From contig JABDGD010000003.1 of NCBI GenBank assembly GCA_013286205.1, positions 16,558 to 80,557 on the forward strand: a stretch of 64,000 nucleotides of DNA, in the 5' to 3' direction. Source of the DNA: Candidatus Firestoneibacteriota bacterium. Its GTDB lineage: Bacteria; Oederibacteriota; Muellerivitia; Muellerivitales; Muellerivitaceae. The notes beneath the pieces were generated by a model. It was given only the letters and a program-made list of their open reading frames with translations, did not search any database and had not been told where the DNA came from. How positions within the stretch are numbered: position 1 is the first letter of the stretch; each line of letters starts with the position of its first letter. Positions 10,506 through 19,361 of this stretch are shown one piece after another. The translations under genes were made by a program, and so were the position numbers.

Positions 10506-10739
10506 TTAAAAGGCTGGATTCATTTCAAAGTCCGGCCCTTTTAATAAATTTTTGGAATTACTTTTTTCTATCTTTTCCATTTTTCCGCCGCATTTGCCGC
10601 ATTTTTCCGCCTGATTTGATTTCACGTTCGGGTGATCGGGGCAAATGTATTTCGCTTCCACAGTATTTCTTTTCATCACCAAACTCCTTTTCGAAAAACT
10701 TTCACCACTCAGGCCGACATAAGGAACCCGCACCCTCAT
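10506..10739 (-). CDS. Small heavy-metal-binding-domain (HMBD-like, YxCPxHP...CxxCG) protein
   Basis: 'YICPDHPNVKSNQAEKCGKCGGKM' matches the YxCPMHPEV...CPxCGMxL heavy-metal-binding domain pattern. The true start may be the internal Met (start 10676 on the minus strand). Confidence 0.4.
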   Translation of the reverse strand: MRVRVPYVGLSGESFSKRSLVMKRNTVEAKYICPDHPNVKSNQAEKCGKCGGKMEKIEKSNSKNLLKGPDFEMNPAF

Positions 10740-10816
10740 GGCAGGGAGTGCGGGTCGGCACCAGGAAATAGCCTGTTCTATTTCCGGCGCTTCAAAGAAC
10801 CAAAGTCGGCGAGTTA

Positions 10817-11098
10817 TTACTGAACCGTGTCAGTGGCTGTGGGCGCTATTTGGGGCGTGGGTGTCCGATGGGGCCGGGGTGTTTTTCTGGCTTTGGCCAC
10901 TGGCGTCGGCGTGAACTCGTAATCATCCGTGGGATCGGAGGTGACCATGTTGTCGCGTGTTTCATCTGTCACCGTCGGGGTGGAACTGGTTTTTGAATAA
11001 GAAGAGCTTTGAGCTCGTATATAACTGGCACTTCCCGCGCTGACAGCCAATGCGAAAACCGAACAAATAATCACTCTCGATTTTGTTTTTGATTTCAT
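10817..11098 (-). CDS. Small secreted hypothetical protein
   Basis: The internal Met gives 'MKSKTKSRVIICSVFALAVSAGSASY...', a signal peptide, with an S/T-rich mature region. The start was trimmed from the ORF-track value of 11233. Confidence 0.4.
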   Translation of the reverse strand: MKSKTKSRVIICSVFALAVSAGSASYIRAQSSSYSKTSSTPTVTDETRDNMVTSDPTDDYEFTPTPVAKARKTPRPHRTPTPQIAPTATDTVQ

Positions 11099-11529
11099 GC
11101 CGCTTCTCCTTTTGTTTTCGGTTTTTGAAAGATGGCCGAAAACTTTTCTGGATTGATTCAAAGCAAGTTGTGTGCCCGCGGTGTTTGAAAATAAATAAAC
11201 GTTTTCCAAATTAAAAATACCAGGTGGGGTCAAGGGCTCGGGGATAAGGCTTGGAAATGTCTATCAAAACGACATTTTTAAAATCAGGTGAGAGACACCA
11301 GCGGAATTTTGGGTAAGAAAATCGTTTTTAATTTTTTATTTTAAAAATCAAATTGATAGCAGCGTTCTAATTTTGGAACAGCGCGGCGCCAAAACCCCCA
11401 TTTCCTTAAAGAGAAGTGGCTGGTTTGTTTTAGATAGCTGGCCCAAATCTTGCTTTTGATCACGACTGTGAAGAGGGAAGAAATCATCTTCTTTCTGAGA
11501 GTGGTTGTTTAATAACAAGGAGCAGAAAC

Positions 11530-12102
11530 ATGAAAAAGATTTTAATTTTGTCTTTGATGCTGATGTTGGGTTCGGTTTCGTTCGCGATGGCGGATGACAC
11601 CACGGGAGGCGCCTGGGTGATCCAGCTGAATGGCGACACTGGTTTTGCCACGGGTAATTTGGCCAAGAACGTAAACCAAGGCTGGGGCGGCGAGGGATCC
11701 ATTGGCTATCGCTTTCCCTCTAATATCTTGTTGGCGGTAGAAAGTGGATTTGATACCTATTCGGCGAAAAATGGAACCTTTAATGCTCAATGGAATATGG
11801 TTCCTTTGATCGCCAAAATACAATCTTGTTTTGGCACGGGTATGGTTAAGCCCTATTTGTTTGTCGGCGGTGGTCTGGCTTTTAACTCCTCCACGGCTTC
11901 GGCTTTTGGCGTTTCCGGCACCACCACTGAGACCGACTTTTTAGGGGAAGCTGGTTTAGGTTTTGATTTTGCTGTGGCTGAAAATGTAGCCCTGTTCGTT
12001 CAAGGAAAAGTGGAAATGGATACCACTTCTAAAAACTATTCTTCTGATGTGCCCACGGTTTTGATCCCGATCAACGCCGGTTTCAAATTCGCGCTGAACT
12101 AG
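11530..12102 (+). CDS. Outer-membrane beta-barrel protein (OmpW/OmpA-like porin family)
   Basis: Signal peptide (MKKILILSLMLMLGSVSFAMA), alternating hydrophobic beta-strand pattern, and a C-terminal 'GFKFALN' aromatic beta-signal. Confidence 0.6.
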   Translation: MKKILILSLMLMLGSVSFAMADDTTGGAWVIQLNGDTGFATGNLAKNVNQGWGGEGSIGYRFPSNILLAVESGFDTYSAKNGTFNAQWNMVPLIAKIQSCFGTGMVKPYLFVGGGLAFNSSTASAFGVSGTTTETDFLGEAGLGFDFAVAENVALFVQGKVEMDTTSKNYSSDVPTVLIPINAGFKFALN

Positions 12103-12112
12103 AAGTCAGTTT

Positions 12113-12145
12113 AAAAAGCCGTCCTCGAAAGGGACGGCTTTTTTT
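12113..12145 (+). terminator. Rho-independent terminator
   Basis: aaaaagccgtccc-tcgaaa-gggacggc followed by TTTTTTT immediately after the OMP gene. Confidence 0.8.
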
Positions 12146-12336
12146 ATGCGTAAAATAAGAGCTAATGGGCGATGGTGACGGGGTTAGACCTGCTGCCAAA
12201 CTTCAGGGTAAATTAGTTTTCGATGATTTTTGAGAAAAAGGCGGCTGGATGAGTTTGAATTGGCGAGCTAAGGAGTAAACTTGGATCTGGTGAAGTTAAA
12301 AAGTTGGTTAGTGCCATCAAATTTAAGGGGGCTTAG

Positions 12337-12687
12337 ATGAACATTCTTCTATGGGTGCTGCAAATTTTGTTGGGCTTTTACTATTTGATGGGCGCTAATT
12401 TTTTGGCATTTAAAGCACCGGCTCCTTGGTTGAAGCTTTTGCCGAAATCCGGCTGGATGGCTCTGGGCTTGCTTCAAGCTTTTTTCGCGTTAGGTTTGGT
12501 TTTGCCTGGAGCGGTTGGGATAATGCCAAAACTAACCGCCTATGCAGCGGTCGGCGTGGCCACAGAAACGATCTTGGTTGCTGTTGTGCTGACCAAGCCT
12601 AAGCCTCAAGGCCTGCTTTGGGTGGTGATCCCCGCCGTCTTGTCTTTGTTCGTGGCCTATGGACGGTTGGTTTTGGTTCCGTTTTAA
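12337..12687 (+). CDS. Small integral membrane protein (DoxX-like?)
   Basis: 116 aa with four predicted hydrophobic helices. No catalytic motif. Confidence 0.45.
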   Translation: MNILLWVLQILLGFYYLMGANFLAFKAPAPWLKLLPKSGWMALGLLQAFFALGLVLPGAVGIMPKLTAYAAVGVATETILVAVVLTKPKPQGLLWVVIPAVLSLFVAYGRLVLVPF

Positions 12688-12720
12688 CTCATTGTTGAAA
12701 TTTTTTTAAAGGAGACTCAA

Positions 12721-13038
12721 ATGCGCTGGTATCACTACATTGCTTATTTTTTCGGCGGTGCTTTTCTCGTTAATGCCATTCCTCATTTTGTAATGGGGGT
12801 GACGGGTCATCCTTTTCAAAGCCCGTTTGCCCATCCGCCAGGAGAAGGGTTATCTTCTTCGGCGGTAAATGTCTATTGGGGTTCTTTCAATTTTCTAGTG
12901 GCTTACTTGCTGTTAGTCCGTGTGGGAAACTTTGACCTTCGTAAGAACGTTCCGGTGTTGCTGGCCGCTCTGGGTGGGTTGCTGATGGCGGTAATGCTGG
13001 CCAATGCCTTTGGCCGTTTTTATAACGGGATTATGTAG
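12721..13038 (+). CDS. Small integral membrane protein
   Basis: 105 aa with three hydrophobic helices. Adjacent to, and co-oriented with, the previous small membrane protein. Confidence 0.45.
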   Translation: MRWYHYIAYFFGGAFLVNAIPHFVMGVTGHPFQSPFAHPPGEGLSSSAVNVYWGSFNFLVAYLLLVRVGNFDLRKNVPVLLAALGGLLMAVMLANAFGRFYNGIM

Positions 13039-13262
13039 CCTCTCACTAATAAAAAAAGGCTGGAACTCACAGGAGTTTCGGCCTTTTTTTATTTCAAGAC
13101 GAATTGCTGAAGCGAAGTGGTTTGGTTTTTGGTTTTGGCGAGTTTTAATAGCGTTTTTCAACAGTTTTTATGGATAAAAGATAGCCTGCTCAGGTTTAAA
13201 TATCCTCCAAAGGAGTAAACTTAAATCAGACGAAGATCAAAAGATGATCACTCAGAGGCGTT

Positions 13263-14342
13263 ATGAAACAACGAATCTTAGTTCCGATCTTACTTCTGCT
13301 TTTTAGCTGGGTGGTTTCGGTTCGGGCGCAGGACTGCCAAACCATTCCCGCAGATGTGCCGGTTCGTGTGGATATTGACGGCGTCAACATGGTTTCTTCC
13401 CGTTTTTATCTCAACCTCGCTTTTGGTCCCTGTGATCTGCCCTTGTCGCAAGCCGTTCCTAAAACCGCGGAAGCCGCGGTGAGCGCCATCGTCCAAACTT
13501 TGATCAGCGGAAACTTTGCCGCCTACCAAAAAACATTCTCGCCTATGGACGACACCAATGAAAAAAACGTTGAAATGGTTTTTGACTATCAATCCGCTGC
13601 CTACCAAAAAGACCCGCCGGACCGAATTACCCAAAAATACATTCTGGGCGATCTGGCTTTTTTTGTTCTGGGCGACGCCAACCGTCCTTTTCTGCACAGC
13701 CTGGTGGTGATACGGTCATCGGATAAGAATTACTATAACGGGCGGTCTTTTACACTTAATCCGTTGGTGGGAAATCTCGATGCGTCGATTAAGATTTTGC
13801 CTGAGGATTTCAAAGTTTTTGCCGATCCGCCTCAAGGAAACTATGTCACGGTTTCGGATGTTCTTCCGAATGACCACGGCGCGGTGACCTGTTTTTTTAA
13901 AGGTCAAACCGCTGATTGGAATGTTTTAAAACAACCCCTCTCGGATTACCGGGGCGCTTATACGGATCTGATAGCTTTTTATCAGTCGTCCTATCAAAAC
14001 CTTTTCAAACGGAAAGAGGAAGCTTTTTTGGATAGCTTTTCACCCGAGAGCCGTCAAAAGGTTCAGTTGTTGATCGACAACAGATCGTTTGAGGAATACG
14101 CGTTTAATACTACTTTGCCGGTACATCGCGTCAGGTTTATTTTGGATGCTGATCCGGTTTATTTCATTTATTGGAACAGTGTTGACGGAGACGGCCTTCA
14201 ATATGAAACAGTACTTAAAACCGGTGTCGGAAAGTTTGAGAGAGTGAATATTGAGCATCCCACCATGCTGGATCATTTACTGGGCGACCAGTCTTTCGCG
14301 GGAAATTTACAAAGTAAGGTGGCAGGAACTGCCGGCCAGTAA
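13263..14342 (+). CDS. Secreted hypothetical protein
   Basis: Signal peptide (LVPILLLLFSWVVSVRAQD). No recognised domain. First gene of a co-directional, tightly spaced four-gene set. Confidence 0.55.
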   Translation: MKQRILVPILLLLFSWVVSVRAQDCQTIPADVPVRVDIDGVNMVSSRFYLNLAFGPCDLPLSQAVPKTAEAAVSAIVQTLISGNFAAYQKTFSPMDDTNEKNVEMVFDYQSAAYQKDPPDRITQKYILGDLAFFVLGDANRPFLHSLVVIRSSDKNYYNGRSFTLNPLVGNLDASIKILPEDFKVFADPPQGNYVTVSDVLPNDHGAVTCFFKGQTADWNVLKQPLSDYRGAYTDLIAFYQSSYQNLFKRKEEAFLDSFSPESRQKVQLLIDNRSFEEYAFNTTLPVHRVRFILDADPVYFIYWNSVDGDGLQYETVLKTGVGKFERVNIEHPTMLDHLLGDQSFAGNLQSKVAGTAGQ

Positions 14343-14547
14343 GAAAAGCTATTAACCGATGGACCGCGCCGGTTCAGGGATTTCTGTAAATTTCCTGATC
14401 AAGTTTTCCTGTGAATAAGTGGTTAAATTTTGTGATTTGCTTATTTCCGCCGGGGTTTATTTTGTTTTAATTGCCCCTAAAACCGTTTAACCTTTATCCG
14501 TTATAAAGCTCTCCTCATCCTCTCTGGCTTCACCATTTCTGGGGGTC

Positions 14548-15780
14548 TTGATGCGAAAAACGCTGCTGATACTAACCTTCGCCGCGAGTATTTTTTTGAC
14601 GCTCAATCCGGTTTGGGCTTCTTGGTGGGTGCACGGTTTTACTAACCGATGTGAAATGGGGCCCTTCGCGACCCGGGCAGCAGCGCAAGCTTATATCAAC
14701 GAAAACAACGATACGCCGGCCAGTGATGGCGCGCCCGCCGCGACGGCTGGCCTGGCCATTTGTCCAGGCGGGAGTGATGACGTGGCCAGTTCGACCAGCT
14801 CGGTGCCGGTGGGCACTGATTCCGCTACTCAACTCGGAACTCAACTGGGAAATATGTTAGGAGACGCTGTCATCAATATGTTTCGACAGGATGAGCAGGC
14901 TGCGGCTATTCGAAGGGCTCAATATGAGGAACAAAAAAGACAGGAAGCCGAAAGAAAAAGACTGGAAGCTGAACAGCGCCGTCTGAAGTACGAGGCCGAT
15001 AAGTCGGAGGTTTTAAGCAACTTGAGAGGCTCGGCGCCGGAAGCCGGCGGTGGTTTGAGAGACGTTGATACGGCCTCCGATAACCAGGGCCTGCGAGAGA
15101 TTCATACTGATACAGATACGGCGCCGCCAGTTCGGGCTGAGGCTCCCAAAAATAATCCAGTGGTGCCGGTGGATAACAGTTTGCAAATGAGCAATTACTT
15201 CTTTGAGCTGCAAACGAGACAAGTGGGCTCAGACGGTAAGGCGTTAGTGGGTGGAAAGCCGGTTGGCTTGCCCATTGATACGACGAACATGGTCACGGCC
15301 TCTTCGACTGATTTATATCAGGCCTCAACTGAGGCCGCACCGGAAGTGGATACATCCGCGGAGATGCTCAAAGCGGGAGTGGGAGAAGCTGTCAATCAGG
15401 GCTATGACATGGCCGCGCCCGCAGTAGCCGAATCAGTTTTATCCAAATCCTTTGATGAGGCGCCCGGTGTGGAGAGTGCCTATACGGCGGCCCAGATTAT
15501 GCTTCAGATAAAAGAGGGCGACTATACAGGGGCGGGTTCGAGCTCCATTAAATTCGCTGTGGGCCACATACCGCTGGAAGGTTATGGAATCGCCTCGGCG
15601 CAGGCAGGCGGCGCGATTGTGAGCAAAACAGTTCGGGCTGATGTGATTGGTTTTTTCCAATCGGCGAACGGCGCGGTGGGCGACGACGCTTCCTGGGAAC
15701 ACGCCGAACAGCAATACAATGATATTTTTAGCCGCCTCACGACGGCTCAAAAAACCGCAGCCGCTGATATGGGGCAATAG
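14548..15780 (+). CDS. Secreted hypothetical protein with coiled-coil segment
   Basis: Signal peptide (LLILTFAASIFLTLNPVWAS) and a charged coiled-coil stretch 'RRAQYEEQKRQEAERKRLEAEQRRLKYEADKSE'. Confidence 0.55.
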   Translation: MMRKTLLILTFAASIFLTLNPVWASWWVHGFTNRCEMGPFATRAAAQAYINENNDTPASDGAPAATAGLAICPGGSDDVASSTSSVPVGTDSATQLGTQLGNMLGDAVINMFRQDEQAAAIRRAQYEEQKRQEAERKRLEAEQRRLKYEADKSEVLSNLRGSAPEAGGGLRDVDTASDNQGLREIHTDTDTAPPVRAEAPKNNPVVPVDNSLQMSNYFFELQTRQVGSDGKALVGGKPVGLPIDTTNMVTASSTDLYQASTEAAPEVDTSAEMLKAGVGEAVNQGYDMAAPAVAESVLSKSFDEAPGVESAYTAAQIMLQIKEGDYTGAGSSSIKFAVGHIPLEGYGIASAQAGGAIVSKTVRADVIGFFQSANGAVGDDASWEHAEQQYNDIFSRLTTAQKTAAADMGQ

Positions 15781-15782
15781 AA

Positions 15783-16763
15783 ATGAAAACAAACTCCCTT
15801 CTTCTAGTACTGGCGGTCGTTTTAGCGGTGAACGTGATGGGCTGTCTCAAAAAGACGGCTAAAAATACGGCCTTTGTGCCGGGTACGGCGCTGGCATTGC
15901 CGGTCGATCAAGGTGTCAAGGTGGGCTGGGCGGTTCCACCGCTGGGTGAGGGCGTGGATACATCCCAATGGGCTTCCTGCCAATTTGTGGTGGATGGCCG
16001 GGGAGATTGTTGGCTAAAAAAGGGTTCCAATATTTTGATGAATGTTTCCAAGGGATTTTCGTTTCAACTGGATAAAGATATTGATGATTTTGTCTGGCTG
16101 GATGGCGGCGATCTTCAAATCATTTCCGGCAATCTGCTGGGGACTGTAGAAGTGGCGCTAAAACATGAGCATTCGCCGAAAGGTCTGTTACTGGTTCATT
16201 TTAAGCCCGAATTAAAGCTTCCGGTCAATTCACCCCGATTCACCCAGGCGGGTCCCCATGGTATTTACATTTGGGGCTCCAATCCTAAAACCTCCAAAAA
16301 CGAGATCTATTTTTTCAGCGCGTCCGGCAAGGCAATTCAAGTGCTTTTCGCGTCTGATGAAAAAATTGGGGCAGTGGGCGGTGACGGCGTAAGAACTTTC
16401 GCGGCGGTGGACCACCTGATACTGGAACTTTCAAAAAAGAAGATGACGGGCCTCTATCAGGATCCGAAGAACCCGATTCAAAGTCTTAATTATTCCAAGT
16501 CGATGGGTCTTTTTTACCGTACCGCTTCGGGTGTTTCTTATCTAAATCCGGACAATCGAAAAGATATTGAGTTCTTCCGGTCGTTAAATACCCAAGTTGG
16601 TCTGAAGAATGATGTTTTGTATCTCTGTCTGGGAGAATCTTCCGGTGTGATCAAAATCACCGGTCTTGAGGTTTTGGATCAGTTTAAACCTGTTCCGTCG
16701 GCCGCGGCTGACGGAACGCAAAAAGTGCAGTCGGTTGACAATGCCAAAAAGCGCTCATCTTAA
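15783..16763 (+). CDS. Hypothetical lipoprotein
   Basis: Lipobox-like 'LAVNVMGCLKK'. Its start codon lies 3 nt after the previous stop, so translational coupling is likely. Confidence 0.55.
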   Translation: MKTNSLLLVLAVVLAVNVMGCLKKTAKNTAFVPGTALALPVDQGVKVGWAVPPLGEGVDTSQWASCQFVVDGRGDCWLKKGSNILMNVSKGFSFQLDKDIDDFVWLDGGDLQIISGNLLGTVEVALKHEHSPKGLLLVHFKPELKLPVNSPRFTQAGPHGIYIWGSNPKTSKNEIYFFSASGKAIQVLFASDEKIGAVGGDGVRTFAAVDHLILELSKKKMTGLYQDPKNPIQSLNYSKSMGLFYRTASGVSYLNPDNRKDIEFFRSLNTQVGLKNDVLYLCLGESSGVIKITGLEVLDQFKPVPSAAADGTQKVQSVDNAKKRSS

Positions 16764-16773
16764 GGGGGACGGT

Positions 16774-17997
16774 ATGATTTATCGCAGGACTATGTCGGTG
16801 ATGGGAAGTTTGATTCTTTTGTTCGGATGGCTGTCTGTTTCGCCAGCTCAAGCGGAAAACGCCAAACTTCAAGAGCTCATCACCAAGCTAAGAGAAAATC
16901 CGCGCTATGACGCGAATATCCGCGTGGAGATTATCAAATATGTCCAAAGCATGAGGGTAAAGCCGCCTATGCCCGAAGGATTGGATGAGGCGATGGGAAA
17001 GGCCAAGTACATTCTGAATAATGGCGAAGACAAGCAAGCTTTCGCGAATGCCGCGGCGGCTTACCGGGAGGCGTCTTTATTAGCCCCCTGGGTCGCGGAC
17101 ATTTATTACAACCTGGGCACTATGCGTGAAAAAGCGGGACAGACCACCAATGCGTTAATTGACTACAACCTGTATCTTTTGGCCAGGCCAAACGCTCCGG
17201 ATAAAAAAGCGATTAAAGAAAAAATTGGGGCGATGGAATACGCTTCCCATACCACCTTCAAGGACATTCTGTCTCCGGGGCAGGGAAAAATGGTTTTGAT
17301 CCCCGCGGGAGAATTCACGATGGGGTCGCCGGTCAGCACCGGCGGCTGGAATGAACAGCCCGAGCATAAAGTTTATGTCGACGCTTTTTACATGGATAAG
17401 AATTTGGTCACTCAGCTTGATTGGATGGAATATTGCAAGGCTTCGGGCGTCGACGCGCCAATAGACGAGGGTCCGAACTTTCCCGTTTATGGCATCACCT
17501 GGGCTCAGGCTGATGCTTATGCCAAGTGGGCTGGTAAACGCCTGCCGACCGAAGCGGAATATGAAAAAGCTCTGCGGGGCGGCACCACGACAAAGTGGTT
17601 TTGCGGGGATGACCCCGATCAATTGGCCGAATATGCCTGGTATGGTGTGAACTCGAACCATGAAGTTCACGAGGTGGGGCAGTTGAAGCCGAATCCTTAT
17701 GGTTTATATGACATTATCGGTAATGTCAGCGAATGGTGCTCAGATTGGTATGGCGATCAGTATTACAAAGATAGCCCGGAAAAAAATCCACAGGGGCCAA
17801 ATAAGGGCGGGGATAAGGTTCTGCGGGGCGGTTGGGCCTACAGCGATGCCAATAACATACGCTCAGCCTATCGTATTCGAAATAATCCCACCTGGTTTCA
17901 TGGCGACAATGGCGACTGGTTTGGGCTTCGCTGCGTGATGGATCCCAGCCCGGATGACCCGGCTGTGAAAAAAACGAAGAAGAGTAAAAATAAATAG
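16774..17997 (+). CDS. Secreted TPR-like + FGE-sulfatase (SUMF1/PvdO/GldK-fold) domain protein
   Basis: FGE-sulfatase domain signatures 'MVLIPAGEFTMGSP', 'NLVTQLDWMEYC', 'GLYDIIGNVSEWCSDWY', 'VLRGGWAYSD...RSAYRIRNNP'. The N-terminal roughly 170 aa is helical/TPR-like with a signal peptide. The start was set to ATG 16774 (AGGGGGA SD). Confidence 0.7.
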   Translation: MIYRRTMSVMGSLILLFGWLSVSPAQAENAKLQELITKLRENPRYDANIRVEIIKYVQSMRVKPPMPEGLDEAMGKAKYILNNGEDKQAFANAAAAYREASLLAPWVADIYYNLGTMREKAGQTTNALIDYNLYLLARPNAPDKKAIKEKIGAMEYASHTTFKDILSPGQGKMVLIPAGEFTMGSPVSTGGWNEQPEHKVYVDAFYMDKNLVTQLDWMEYCKASGVDAPIDEGPNFPVYGITWAQADAYAKWAGKRLPTEAEYEKALRGGTTTKWFCGDDPDQLAEYAWYGVNSNHEVHEVGQLKPNPYGLYDIIGNVSEWCSDWYGDQYYKDSPEKNPQGPNKGGDKVLRGGWAYSDANNIRSAYRIRNNPTWFHGDNGDWFGLRCVMDPSPDDPAVKKTKKSKNK

Positions 17998-18020
17998 ACG
18001 AAGTAGTGTGCTGGAAATAA

Positions 18021-18056
18021 AAAGCCCCGAGCGGAAAATCCGCCGGGGCTTTTTTA
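18021..18056. terminator. Bidirectional rho-independent terminator between convergent genes
   Basis: agccccgagcgg-aaaat-ccgccggggct followed by TTTTTT, with A-rich flank upstream. It sits between the + gene ending at 17997 and the - gene ending at 18068. Confidence 0.8.
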
Positions 18057-18067
18057 TTAAACGGACA

Positions 18068-19054
18068 TTACGGAATATATTCGTAGATATGGTTGCCGGG
18101 TGAATTGTTGCGGTCGCTAAAGTAAACATCGCCCGTACTGTCCACCGCAATACCCTGAGGTCCGACAATCGCCGGGGAAGTGAATGCCGGGGTGACGCTG
18201 CCGCCGCTGGGGCCTACCAGAGTACTGACTGTCGCGCTCGACACTTTGCGGATGGCGTTGTTGCCTGTGTCAGCTACGTAAACGTTGCCGCTGCCATCTA
18301 CCGCGATAGCTTGGATGCCGTTGAACTTGGCGGTCGTGGTGGCCGCGCCGTCAACATAGGCGCCCGCGCCTATTTGGCCCGCGATGGTGGTGCTGCCAGA
18401 GACGCCGGGGGTGTATTTGACAATCAAGTTGCCCTGGGCGACATAAAGACTGCCGGTGTTGTCGAAAACCAAGCATTCTTCTCCTGATGGGCCGCTGGAA
18501 AGAGTAATGTTGCCGAGTACGCTAAAAGCAGGAAGGGAATATAAAGTGACCGCGCTGCCGCTGGATAAGGCCATGGTAGTCGCGGCGGAGTTGATCGCGA
18601 CACCGCTGATGCTGCTGGTGGCGGTAATCGGCGAGGTAGTCACAGCGGCGCTATTTCTATAAATGAAATAGGGGCTGGTGGTTCCTGTAGACATATACCA
18701 GTTGGTACCGTCATAGACCACATCCGAAACGGCCGGGATTTGGGGTGTCAGCTGAGTTGTCACGCCCGCGGAAGTTACCTTAATCAGATTGGAAGTGGCG
18801 CCGGAGCCGTTATAGTCTGCGGCGTAGAGATTACCCGAGTTGTCCAAACAAATTCCCATGATGGAAGCCGCGCCTGAAAAGGTGACGATAGTTTTGACCG
18901 AGGGAGTCGGCGTGTTGGTGGCGGTGGGAGCGGGGGTAGGGGTATTGGTGGGGTTGCTGGAGTTGGAGCTGGTAGGCGTATTATTGCCGCAAGAAACTAA
19001 AAACGAAGCGATGGGCGCCAACAGCAAAGTCAAAACCAAGATCAACTTTTTCAT
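18068..19054 (-). CDS. NHL-repeat (six-bladed beta-propeller) lipoprotein
   Basis: Lipobox 'FLVSCGNN', a Thr/Pro linker (TPTPAPTATNTPTP), and NHL-type repeats ('DNSGNLYAADYNGSG', 'DNTGSLYVAQGN', 'VDGSGNVYVADTGNNAIRKV', 'DSTGDVYFSDRNN'). Confidence 0.65.
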   Translation of the reverse strand: MKKLILVLTLLLAPIASFLVSCGNNTPTSSNSSNPTNTPTPAPTATNTPTPSVKTIVTFSGAASIMGICLDNSGNLYAADYNGSGATSNLIKVTSAGVTTQLTPQIPAVSDVVYDGTNWYMSTGTTSPYFIYRNSAAVTTSPITATSSISGVAINSAATTMALSSGSAVTLYSLPAFSVLGNITLSSGPSGEECLVFDNTGSLYVAQGNLIVKYTPGVSGSTTIAGQIGAGAYVDGAATTTAKFNGIQAIAVDGSGNVYVADTGNNAIRKVSSATVSTLVGPSGGSVTPAFTSPAIVGPQGIAVDSTGDVYFSDRNNSPGNHIYEYIP

Positions 19055-19361
19055 ACGAACTCTCCCGCGGATATTTTTAAAGGACCCCCGGTATCTGAGG
19101 TTCTATCAACACGAGCAATAAAGCTAACTCAAATCCAACGGTGCTTCAACCCCCGGGTAGGTAAATTAACCCAGCTTTTCTGGCCCCTCATTATATAGAT
19201 CAGGTGCATCCCCTTTTATTGGGAAGCAGGCTTGCATCGGGCTTCTAGGCTCAACGCGGGGCGGGCCTGGCCCAGCGGACAAACGATAGTACAAAAGCCT
19301 AAAAGCGGTATGAGCCTTAAGGCACCAGCGATAGTCTTCTTCCAACAAGGGAGGAGACTCG

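Noticed and set aside
10332-11529. Search for tRNA/ncRNA in the larger intergenic regions (10332-10505, 11234-11529, 12146-12336, 14343-14547, 19055-19361, 29100-29309, 30740-31007)
   Set aside because: No cloverleaf-compatible GTTC-arm/acceptor pairing and no conserved riboswitch cores were recognisable by eye. A covariance-model scan (Infernal/Rfam, tRNAscan-SE) would be needed to exclude them.
16774-17997. Calling the FGE-domain protein PorK/GldK (T9SS core)
   Set aside because: It has an SPase-I-type signal rather than a lipobox and a TPR N-terminus. The neighbouring genes do not follow the porKLMN order or sizes. Only the fold-level similarity is retained as a finding.
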